Assembly (NCBI RefSeq): GCF_036723115.1
Contig: NZ_DAIMHV010000002.1
Location: 1 to 62,202 of the forward strand
Direction: 5' to 3'
Length of the DNA: 62,202 nt
Origin: Phenylobacterium sp.
GTDB lineage: Bacteria > Pseudomonadota > Alphaproteobacteria > Caulobacterales > Caulobacteraceae
Position 1 is the first letter of the stretch. Every line of letters begins with the position of its first letter. Of the stretch, positions 19,087 to 26,994 are shown one piece after another. The notes beneath the pieces were generated by a model that saw only the letters and a program-made list of their open reading frames with translations, made no database searches and was not told where the DNA came from. Made by a program: the position numbers and the translations under genes.

Positions 19087-19416
19087 ATGTCACGCAGCAA
19101 GAAGTCCGAAGAGTTCGACCTCGAGGTCGGCGGCGAGCCCTATGTGTGGCGGCTGCAGCGGCAGCCGCAGTGGTCCAGCGACCTGGCCGAGCGGCGGGGC
19201 ATGGCCATCGCCGTGCGTCATCGCGACGGTCAGCGCGAGGCCATCCTGGAGTTCCCGGCGGGCAAGGAGCCGAAGTTCGGCGTGCGGCAGTTGCAGGCCT
19301 CGCAGATCCCGACGGAGCTGGTGGCGACGGCCATCGCCTCGGGCCTGGAAGCCGGATGGGAGCCCTTCTCCCGCGGCAAGCCGGTGGCCATCGCCGTGGA
19401 CGAAGCCGGCCGCTGA
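19087..19416 (+). CDS. Hypothetical protein
   Basis: 109-aa ORF with coding-like GC3 bias and C-terminal GWEP.SRGKP. No family recognised. Confidence 0.65.
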   Translation: MSRSKKSEEFDLEVGGEPYVWRLQRQPQWSSDLAERRGMAIAVRHRDGQREAILEFPAGKEPKFGVRQLQASQIPTELVATAIASGLEAGWEPFSRGKPVAIAVDEAGR

Positions 19417-19469
19417 CGGCGTCGCGCCTGGGCCGGATTCGCTCCGGGCGACGTCCGCCCAGCGGCGCC

Positions 19470-19757
19470 TCAATCGGTCTTCCGGCCGAACGCCTTGCGC
19501 AGTTCGTCCTTCGCCGCCTCCAGCGTGCGGCGGCGCTCGGCGGGCAGGTTGTCGCCGGCCCGGTTGATATAGAAGGTCAGCATGGACATGGCCGACTGGA
19601 AGGGCGTGCCCTTCTTGCGGTGGCTCTGCTCGGCCGAGCGCTTGAGGGAGGCGGCGATCCTGGCCGGGTCGTCCAGGGTGAAGACGTCCTCCTCAAGGTC
19701 CAACGCATCGCTGTGTTCGGTCACGTCCTGCGACCACCGCTCGGATTTCTGGGTCAT
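19470..19757 (-). CDS. DUF3175 domain protein
   Basis: WSQDVTEHSDALDLE, IAASLKRSAE.S.R, FQSAMSMLTFYINRAG.NL. RBS AGGAGG. Confidence 0.85.
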   Translation of the reverse strand: MTQKSERWSQDVTEHSDALDLEEDVFTLDDPARIAASLKRSAEQSHRKKGTPFQSAMSMLTFYINRAGDNLPAERRRTLEAAKDELRKAFGRKTD

Positions 19758-19780
19758 CGGCTTTCCTCCTGGCCCCGAAG

Positions 19781-19806
19781 AACCCGGCTCCGCGGCTGGA
19801 AGTTTC
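19781..19806 (-). promoter_or_regulatory. Putative general-stress (SigT/EcfG-type) promoter of the DUF3175 gene
   Basis: Minus strand GAAAC-N17-GGTT, a variant of GGAAC-N16/17-CGTT. Confidence 0.45.
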
Positions 19807-19864
19807 CGCCAATCACTGAAGCGGACACTTGACTTTTGACGACCGCGGTTAGACACTTAAGTCA

Positions 19865-20206
19865 ATGCTACAGCAAAAACCCCTCGATCTCGCCTTCCAG
19901 GCGCTGTCCGATCCCGGCCGCCGAGCCATGGTGGAGCGGTTGAGCCTCGGGCCGGCCTCGGTCAGCGAGCTGGCCAAGCCTCTACCCATGACCCTCTCGG
20001 CGGTGGTCCAGCACCTGAAAGTCCTGGAGGAGGCGGGGCTGGTGAAGAGCCAGAAGGTGGGCCGCGTGCGCACCTGCAGCCTGGAGATGGGCGCGATCGC
20101 CCAGCTCGAAGCCTGGGTGAGCGAGCGCCGGCGCTTCTGGGAGCAGCAGTACGACCAACTGGAGGCCTATCTGGCCGAGACCGCGCCCAAGGAGGGCGAC
20201 CAATGA
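19865..20206 (+). CDS. ArsR/SmtB family transcriptional regulator
   Basis: FQALSDPGRR, SVSELA, VVQHLKVLEEAGLV.S.KVGRVR. Confidence 0.92.
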   Translation: MLQQKPLDLAFQALSDPGRRAMVERLSLGPASVSELAKPLPMTLSAVVQHLKVLEEAGLVKSQKVGRVRTCSLEMGAIAQLEAWVSERRRFWEQQYDQLEAYLAETAPKEGDQ

Positions 20207-20676
20207 CGCTGATCAACGCCACCTTCACCATCGAGCGGCGGCTGGCGGCCGCGCCAGCGCGGGTCTTCGCCGCCTATTCGACCCTTGAGGCGAAGATGGC
20301 CTGGTTCAAGGCGCCGGCCGAGATCGAGACCTTGAACCGCGACTTCGACTTCCGCGTGGGCGGCAAGGAGCGGTTCCACGCCCGCTGGCCCGACGGCCGG
20401 ATCACCGACTTCCAGGCGACCTACCACGACATCGTCGAGAACGAGCGGATCGTGCTGGTCTACGACATGTTCCACAACGACGAGAAGCTGTCGGTCTCCC
20501 TTCAGACCCTGGAGTTCCGGGCCGAGGGCGAGAAGACCCGGCTGATCCACACCGAACAGGGTTCCTACTTCACCGGCGGCGTCGAAGCGGTGCGGGGCCG
20601 CGAGCACGGCACGACCTGGCATATCGAAAACCTGATCGCCCTTCTGGAGGGCCGCGAGGCCCGGGCGTTCGCATGA
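20203..20676 (+). CDS. SRPBCC (AHSA1/START-like) family protein
   Basis: TFTIER, PARVFAA, DFRVGGKE, YHDIVENERIV..Y, RLIHTEQG. Confidence 0.9.
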   Translation: MTLINATFTIERRLAAAPARVFAAYSTLEAKMAWFKAPAEIETLNRDFDFRVGGKERFHARWPDGRITDFQATYHDIVENERIVLVYDMFHNDEKLSVSLQTLEFRAEGEKTRLIHTEQGSYFTGGVEAVRGREHGTTWHIENLIALLEGREARAFA

Positions 20677-21326
20677 CCCTGGAATTCTTCGCCCACCCTT
20701 TCTCGTCCTACTGCCAGAAGGTGCTGATCGCCTTCTATGAGAACGAAGTCCCCTTCACCTACCGCATGCTGGAGGAGCCGGGCGTCGGGGAAGAATTCGC
20801 CGCGCTCTGGCCGATGAAGCGCTTCCCTATCCTGCGCGAGGGCGAGCGCGTCGTGCTCGAGGCCTCGGTCATCATCGAGTACCTCCAGGTCCGTCATCCG
20901 GGGCCGGTGAAGCTGATCCCGGATGATCCCGACCTGGCGCTGGAGGTGCGGATGCTGGACCGCGTCTTCGACAACTACGTCATGACCCCGCAGGGCAAGT
21001 TCGTCTACGATTCCCTGCGCCCGGCCGACCAGCGCGATCCGCTGGGGGTCGATGAGGCCCGCGCCATGCTGGACACCAGCTATGCCTGGCTGGACGAGCG
21101 CATGCGAGGTCGCACCTGGGCGGCGGGGGAGACCTTCACCCTGGCCGACTGCGCCGCCGCTCCGTCGCTCTTCTATGCCGACTGGACCTATCCGATCCCG
21201 GAGGCGTGCACGGCGTTGACGGCCTACCGCCAACGCCTCCTGGAGCGCCCCTCCTTCGCACGGGCGGTGAACGAGGCGCGTCCCTATCGGCACTACTTCC
21301 CGCTGGGAGCGCCGGAACGGGATTGA
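20673..21326 (+). CDS. Glutathione S-transferase family protein
   Basis: HPFSSYCQKV, RFPIL, EASVIIEYL, FTLADCAAAP. Confidence 0.93.
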   Translation: MTLEFFAHPFSSYCQKVLIAFYENEVPFTYRMLEEPGVGEEFAALWPMKRFPILREGERVVLEASVIIEYLQVRHPGPVKLIPDDPDLALEVRMLDRVFDNYVMTPQGKFVYDSLRPADQRDPLGVDEARAMLDTSYAWLDERMRGRTWAAGETFTLADCAAAPSLFYADWTYPIPEACTALTAYRQRLLERPSFARAVNEARPYRHYFPLGAPERD

Positions 21327-21331
21327 ACCGC

Positions 21332-21447
21332 CTAGAGCACGTTCCGATAAGTGGGAACCGGTTATCGGATCGAAACGCGCTCAAGTCTCTGAATTCAGAG
21401 CCTGATTCATCGATCAGACCGTTCCGTCTGATCGCATCAGGCTCCAG
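21332..21447 (+). repeat. CIR/MITE-like double-hairpin repeat, copy D (complete, 116 bp)
   Basis: Ends CTAGAGC...GCTCCAG, two internal hairpins, GATTC at 21404-21408. Contains the stop codon of the converging GNAT gene. Confidence 0.92.
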
Positions 21448-22058
21448 GGTTCGTGGTCGGGGGCCGGTCCTCGCCCCGCCAGCCACTGCTCTCTTGTGAG
21501 CTCCCAATAGAGGCTCCGCCGGATCGTCCCGTCGGGCCGCACGCTCTGCCGCTCCCCCATGCGCACGAACCCCGCGCCGTCGATGGCCTTGATGGAGCGG
21601 ATGTTGTCCAGCGCCGCGGTCAAGCCGATCAGCCGCACGCCCAGGGTCTCGAACATGAAGGCCGCGGCGGCGCCCACCCCGCCCCGGCCGCGGCCGGCGT
21701 TCTGGCGGTCGAAGCGGGCCGCGCCGGCGATCTCGGCGGCGGAGCGCTCAGGCCAGACGCTGATGCAGGAATAGCCGGCCACCTCGCCGGCCTCGTCCAG
21801 GGTGACCGACAGGATGCGTTCCCCCCGCTCACGGGCCAGGCGGCTCTCCTCCACCCAGCGGGCGATCCCCTCCCGGGTGAAGGGACGCGGCAGGTCGTAG
21901 ATGGGGTCGGAGACCCGCGGGTCCGACAGCAGGGCCAGCAGCCCCTCCACATGCGCAGGGCCGGCGAGCACCCGGTCGTCCACCGCCCGCACCGCGGCGC
22001 GAATGGCCGCGGCCTCTTCCGGCGTCACCGCCAGCACGGTGATCGGCGGGGCGCTCAT
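21414..22058 (-). CDS. GNAT family N-acetyltransferase (RimJ/RimL-like)
   Basis: AEIAGA, QNAGRG, FETLGVRLIGLTAALDNIRSIKAI...GF. Start ATG 22058 overlaps the upstream stop. The last ~10 codons come from repeat D. Confidence 0.8.
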   Translation of the reverse strand: MSAPPITVLAVTPEEAAAIRAAVRAVDDRVLAGPAHVEGLLALLSDPRVSDPIYDLPRPFTREGIARWVEESRLARERGERILSVTLDEAGEVAGYSCISVWPERSAAEIAGAARFDRQNAGRGRGGVGAAAAFMFETLGVRLIGLTAALDNIRSIKAIDGAGFVRMGERQSVRPDGTIRRSLYWELTREQWLAGRGPAPDHEPWSLMRSDGTV

Positions 22059-22537
22059 GCCGCCGCCAGCCGGTTCAGGGCCTCGCCCTCCAGCCGGCGC
22101 GTCGTCCAGTCGGACAGGGTCGCCGCGCCCAGGGCGTCGTAGAAGCCGATGGCCGGGGCGTTCCAGTCCAGCACCGACCATTCCAGCCGCGCCAGGCCTT
22201 CGTCCACGCAGCGCTCCGCCAGCGCCTTCAGCAGCGCCCGGCCCGCCCCTGCGCCCCGGGCCTCGGGCAGCACGAACAGGTCCTCCAGATAGACGCCGTG
22301 GCGCCCGCGGAAGGTGGAGAAGCTGTAGAACCACAGGGCGAATCCCACCGTCGCCCCATCCAGTTCGGCCAGCTCGCAGAAGACCCGCGGATTGGCCCCG
22401 AACAGATGGGCGGCGATCTCGGCCTCGGTGGTGGTCACCTCGTGGGCGAGCCGCTCGTACTCGGCCAGGCCCTGGATGAAGCCGAAGATCGCCTGCGCAT
22501 CGGCGGGCGCGGCCGGGCGGACGCTGAGACGCCCCAT
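22055..22537 (-). CDS. GNAT family N-acetyltransferase (SSAT/diamine acetyltransferase-like)
   Basis: LAEYERL, FSTFRGRHGVYLEDLFV, RLEWSVLDWNAPAIGFY. Confidence 0.9.
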   Translation of the reverse strand: MGRLSVRPAAPADAQAIFGFIQGLAEYERLAHEVTTTEAEIAAHLFGANPRVFCELAELDGATVGFALWFYSFSTFRGRHGVYLEDLFVLPEARGAGAGRALLKALAERCVDEGLARLEWSVLDWNAPAIGFYDALGAATLSDWTTRRLEGEALNRLAAA

Positions 22538-22539
22538 GG

Positions 22540-23397
22540 TCAGCCGATCTTCACGCCGGGCGGCGGCGCCGAATCCTCCGGCACGAAGAAGTCGGGCATC
22601 AGGGGCGCTGTGGGATCGACCCGGTACTTGTCGAAGTCCCGCTCGCCCTCGGCATAGAGGAAGGTGTCGTCGATCAGGAAATTGCCGGTGAATTCCCGCG
22701 CGGGCTTGTTGAAGATGGCGTAGGCGGCGTCGGCCATGATGTCGGTGGTGCGGCAGCTCTTCATGCCCTCCTCGCCGGCCAGGGCGAACTGGATGGCCGC
22801 CGTGGCGATGCCGGTGCGCGGCCAGAGCGCGTTGAAGGCGATCCCGTCCTCGCGGAACTCCTCGGCCATGCCCAGCACGCACATGCTCATGCCGAACTTG
22901 GCCATGGTGTAGGCCACATGGCCTTTGAACCAGCGGGGGCTCATGTCCAGGGGCGGCGAGAGCATCAGGACGTGCGGATTGGGGCTGCGCTTCAGGTGCG
23001 GAATGCAGGCCTTGGAAGTGAGGTAGGACCCCCGGGCGTTGACCTGGTTCATCAGATCATAGCGCTTCATGTCGGTGGCCAGGGTGCCGGTCAGCTGGAT
23101 GGCCGAGGCGTTGTTCACGCAGATGTCGATGCCGCCGAACTTCGCCGCCGTCTGTTCCACGGCGTCCATCACATTGGCCTCGTCGCGCACGTCCACCACC
23201 AGCGGCAGGGCCTTGCCGCCCGCCGCCTCGATCGCCTCGGCGGCGGAATAGATGGTGCCGGGCAGGTGCTTGTGGGTCTCGGCCGTCTTGGCGGCGATAG
23301 CGATATTGGCGCCGTCCCGGGCCGCGCGCAGGGCGATGGCCAGGCCGATGCCGCGGCTGGCGCCGGTGACGAACAGGGTCTTGCCTTGCAGGCTCAT
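22540..23397 (-). CDS. SDR oxidoreductase (HSDL2-like)
   Basis: TGASRGIG, AAKT....LPGTIYSAA, NNASAI, YTMAK. Confidence 0.92.
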   Translation of the reverse strand: MSLQGKTLFVTGASRGIGLAIALRAARDGANIAIAAKTAETHKHLPGTIYSAAEAIEAAGGKALPLVVDVRDEANVMDAVEQTAAKFGGIDICVNNASAIQLTGTLATDMKRYDLMNQVNARGSYLTSKACIPHLKRSPNPHVLMLSPPLDMSPRWFKGHVAYTMAKFGMSMCVLGMAEEFREDGIAFNALWPRTGIATAAIQFALAGEEGMKSCRTTDIMADAAYAIFNKPAREFTGNFLIDDTFLYAEGERDFDKYRVDPTAPLMPDFFVPEDSAPPPGVKIG

Positions 23398-24359
23398 AGG
23401 GAAGCTCCCACGGTTTGTTCGGAAATGGTCCAGAGGCGGTCGGCCGCCTCCGGGTCCTGGGCATGGTCCATGACCCCCTGGTGCGGCTTTTCCGGCGTCC
23501 AGGGCAGGGCCACCGAGCAGTCCTCCAGATAGAGGCCGCCCTCGCCCTCCAGTTCGTCGGCCACGGCCGCCCAGACCGAGGTGGAGGCCCCCTGCTCCGG
23601 CGTCTTGAAGCCCTCGCGCACCTTGCCTTCGGCGTCGATCCAGCCGAGGGCGGACATCTCATCCTGCGTCAGGTGGCGCTGTAGGGGGGTCATGATGCCC
23701 CCGGGCATGACGGCGTTGGCGTTGACCCCATGCTCGGCGAAGCGGGCGTCGAAGCCCACGGCGAAGAGGGCGTTGGCCGTCTTGGACTGACCATAGGCCT
23801 CCCACTTGTCATAGGGCCGCTGGCGGTAGTGGATGTCGTCGAAGTGGATCGGGCTGCGCCGATGGCCGATGGATGACAAGGCCACCACACGGGCGGCGCG
23901 GTCCTCCTCGGCGGCGTTCATCAACGCCCGGGCGAGACCCAGGCTGAGCAGGAAGTGGCCGAAGTGATTGACCCCGATCTGCATCTCCAGGTCGTCGGAG
24001 GTGTAGTCCAGCGGGCAGGCCATGACCCCGGCATTGTTGATCAACACGTCCAGCGGGCGCTCCCCCCAGGCGTCGACGAACGCGGCCACGGAGGACAGGC
24101 TGGCCAGATCCAGCGTGCCGGCCACCACCCGGTCGGCGCCGATGGATTCGTTGATGGCCACCGCCGCCCGCTCGCCCGCCGCCCGGTCGCGCACGGCCAG
24201 CATGACGTCGGCCCCGGCCCCGGCGAGCGCCCGGGCGGTCTCCAGCCCGATGCCGCTGGCCCCGCCGGTGACGATGATGTTGCGCCCGCCCAGATCATGG
24301 TCGGCGGCCACGATCCGCGCGGGCGTGAAGGCGCCGTAGCGCGAACCGGCCAGGCTCAT
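23394..24359 (-). CDS. SDR oxidoreductase (retinol dehydrogenase/WWOX-like)
   Basis: TGGASGIG, NNAGVM, NHFGHF, YGQSKTAN. Confidence 0.92.
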   Translation of the reverse strand: MSLAGSRYGAFTPARIVAADHDLGGRNIIVTGGASGIGLETARALAGAGADVMLAVRDRAAGERAAVAINESIGADRVVAGTLDLASLSSVAAFVDAWGERPLDVLINNAGVMACPLDYTSDDLEMQIGVNHFGHFLLSLGLARALMNAAEEDRAARVVALSSIGHRRSPIHFDDIHYRQRPYDKWEAYGQSKTANALFAVGFDARFAEHGVNANAVMPGGIMTPLQRHLTQDEMSALGWIDAEGKVREGFKTPEQGASTSVWAAVADELEGEGGLYLEDCSVALPWTPEKPHQGVMDHAQDPEAADRLWTISEQTVGASL

Positions 24360-25141
24360 CGGCCGGCGACCGCGCTGAAGTCGGGACGGCGCTTCTCGCG
24401 GAAGGCGGCGAAGGCCTCCCGCGCCTCAGGCGATTTGAGCTGGTCGGAGAAGTGGCGGCCCTCGCGGTCCATCCGCTCGGCCAGGGCCACGGGATCGCGC
24501 ATCAGGGCCTTGGTTATGGCCACCGCCGCCGGCGGACGCTGGGCCACGGCCACGGCGGCCGCCCGGGCCCGGGCGCGCAGTTCGCCCCGGGGCACGACCT
24601 CATTGGCGATCCCCCAGTCCACCGCCTTGCGGGCGTCCACCGCCTCGCCCAGCACGAACATGGAGAAGGCCCGCGCATGGCCGATGCGGGCCGGCAGGGT
24701 CAGGCTGGAGGCGGCCTCCGGCACCAGGGCCAGATTGACGAAGGGCGTGGTGAGCAGGGCGTCCTCGTCCACATAGACCAGGTCGCAATGCAGCAGCATG
24801 GTCACGCCGACGCCCACGGCGCGGCCGTTCACGGCGGCCACCAGGGGGGTCTTGGCCCGGCCCAGGGCGGCCAGCAGGGGATTGCCCCCGCGGCGCGCCT
24901 CATTGGCCGCGCCTTCGCCGGCGTTGACCGCGGCGAAGTCGGAGATGTCGTTGCCGGCGGTGAACATGTCCCCCTCGGCCTGGATCAGGACGCAATGAAC
25001 GTTGCGGTCGAACTCGGCCTCGTCGATGGCGTCGCCCAGGGCCTGATACATGTCCCGCGTCAGGGCGTTCTTCTTGTCGGGGCGGTTAAGGGTGAGGGTC
25101 AGGACGCCTTCCGACGCCTCCCGGATGACATGCTGGCTCAT
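24356..25141 (-). CDS. Enoyl-CoA hydratase/isomerase family protein
   Basis: LNRPDKKNALT, FTAGND, AVNGRAVGVG, LVPEAASS. Confidence 0.92.
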   Translation of the reverse strand: MSQHVIREASEGVLTLTLNRPDKKNALTRDMYQALGDAIDEAEFDRNVHCVLIQAEGDMFTAGNDISDFAAVNAGEGAANEARRGGNPLLAALGRAKTPLVAAVNGRAVGVGVTMLLHCDLVYVDEDALLTTPFVNLALVPEAASSLTLPARIGHARAFSMFVLGEAVDARKAVDWGIANEVVPRGELRARARAAAVAVAQRPPAAVAITKALMRDPVALAERMDREGRHFSDQLKSPEAREAFAAFREKRRPDFSAVAGR

Positions 25142-25570
25142 TTCCTGATCCTCCGATCCTTCTTACTGCGTAAAGACTAGGCCCAGGCGGGGCCGGCGTC
25201 GATGGGCATGGCAGGCGGAGCGCCGGGACGGATGCCAAGGGGCGGGCAGGCCCTGTCACGGCGCAGGTCAGCCCCCGTTCATATTGCTCACCGCATCATG
25301 CGACTCATGAATTCCGGAGGTCCGCCACAGTGAAGCTTAAGTCTGGGCCGCCGCGAAATCTGCCGACGCGCCGCGATCAACAGGTCAGGCGAGCCCGGCG
25401 CCGGGCGAGTTCTCGCCCCTGACCCGGAGAAGCGGCGAACAACGCCGCCGCGACAAAAGGCCTCTGAATCTTCGCCACAGTTCGGCCAGGGCCAGACGCC
25501 ACCTTGACCCCTTCGCCTGCCGGAGGCTTATGTCCGCGCAGAGGAACCACCCCCAGGAGATGACCTGAAC

Positions 25571-26905
25571 ATGAGGCGCAAGACAATCGGGCTGGCCGCA
25601 GCCCTGGCCGTGGCCGCCCTGGCGCCGGCCGTGGTGATGTCGCAGTCCCGCGATGCGGGCGTGACCGAAAAGGCCCGCACCCAGGGCATGGCCGAGGCCC
25701 CGGCCCTGGCCCAGGCCGCCGGCCTGAACTGCCAGATCGCGGACGCCCGCTTCATCGGCAAGAACGAGGATCGGCGCGCCCGGACCTCCACCTCGTATTA
25801 CGAACTCGACTGCCAGGAAGGCATGGGCTTCGTGATGGAAGCCGTCCAGGGGGGCGAGACCAGCTTCTACACCTGCCTTGAGGCCGGCGCGCCGACTCCC
25901 GACGGCAAGCCCTCCACCCTGGCCTGCCAACTGCCCGGCAACCAGAACCCTCAGGCTGATCTGGCCGCGCTGGCCGCCAAGGGCGGGGTCGCCTGCCCGG
26001 TGGCCAACAGCCGCGCCATCGGCCGCGGCGCCACCAGCACCTTCTTCGAGGTGGCCTGCCAGGACGGCGTCACCGGCTACGTGCTGAACACCGGCTATCC
26101 GGCCACGGCCGACACCAAGGTCGAGGCCACCAACTGCCTGATCTATGACCAGGCCGACGCCAACATCAAATGCGAGCTGACCGACGCCGCCACCCGTTTG
26201 GGCGTGGTCGACCAGATGGCCGCCGCCGACCAGAAGTCCTGCGCGGTGAAGGACCGTCGCTTCGTCGGGGCCACCACGGACGGCTCCAACTATTTCGAAG
26301 CCTCCTGCCAGGACGGCAAGGGCTACATCTACAAGGTCGCCGCCGCCGGCCAGCTGGCGGAATCCTGGGACTGCGCGCGGGCCCAGGGCATCCTCGGCGG
26401 CTGCACCCTGACCGACGCCCGTGAGGCGGCCACCGAGCAGGCGGCCCTTTACACCGAACTGGCCAAGAAGGCCGGCTTCAACTGCGACGTCGAGCGTTAC
26501 GCCGCCTTCCCCTCGCCCCGCGGCAAGGATGCGGTGGAACTGGTCTGCGCCAACGGCCGTCCCGGCGGCGTGGGGGTGTTCAACCTCGACGGCTCGGGCG
26601 AAGTGTTCAGCTGCGCCTACGCCCCGATCGCCGGCTACCGCTGCGGTCTCAACGAGGAAGCCGACACCTATCCCGTGCTGACCGCCGACCTGAAGAAGAT
26701 GGGTCGCGACAGCTGCGAGGTCTCGGCCCAGCGCATGGTCGGCAAGACCGCCGACGGCTCGGCCTATGTGGAAGTGGCCTGCTCCGACGGCCTGGCCGGC
26801 TATATGCTGCAGTACAAGCAGAACCCCATCGCTCCGGTGGAAGCCCTGGGCTGCGCCTTCGCCAAGGGGATCGCCGGCGGCTGCAAGCTGCCCGGCAACA
26901 CCTGA
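25571..26905 (+). CDS. Secreted Cys-rich protein with five 4-Cys repeats, function unknown
   Basis: Signal peptide; 20 Cys in five ~75-85-aa repeats; AGGAGA RBS; own terminator. Confidence 0.85.
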   Translation: MRRKTIGLAAALAVAALAPAVVMSQSRDAGVTEKARTQGMAEAPALAQAAGLNCQIADARFIGKNEDRRARTSTSYYELDCQEGMGFVMEAVQGGETSFYTCLEAGAPTPDGKPSTLACQLPGNQNPQADLAALAAKGGVACPVANSRAIGRGATSTFFEVACQDGVTGYVLNTGYPATADTKVEATNCLIYDQADANIKCELTDAATRLGVVDQMAAADQKSCAVKDRRFVGATTDGSNYFEASCQDGKGYIYKVAAAGQLAESWDCARAQGILGGCTLTDAREAATEQAALYTELAKKAGFNCDVERYAAFPSPRGKDAVELVCANGRPGGVGVFNLDGSGEVFSCAYAPIAGYRCGLNEEADTYPVLTADLKKMGRDSCEVSAQRMVGKTADGSAYVEVACSDGLAGYMLQYKQNPIAPVEALGCAFAKGIAGGCKLPGNT

Positions 26906-26928
26906 TCTCGGCGACCGGCTGAACAATC

Positions 26929-26964
26929 AAGGGCCCGCGGCGCAACCCGCGGGCCCTTTTCTTT
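26929..26964 (+). terminator. Intrinsic terminator
   Basis: Stem AAGGGCCCGCGG/CCGCGGGCCCTT followed by TTCTTT. Confidence 0.85.
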
Positions 26965-26994
26965 GCAGCGGACGCCACCCGCCGGGCGGCGAGG

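Noticed and set aside
5481..21447. Repeat copies as a CRISPR array or an autonomous IS
   Set aside because: The copies are kilobases apart with no spacer periodicity, and the window has no cas or transposase gene.
5018..21507. Shared peptides (SAFR.DNRFPLIGT, EPDS.IR.FRLIASGS) in track ORFs 5018-5539, 6792-7103, 21136-21507 and 21206-21499
   Set aside because: These are translations of the dispersed DNA repeat, not a protein family.
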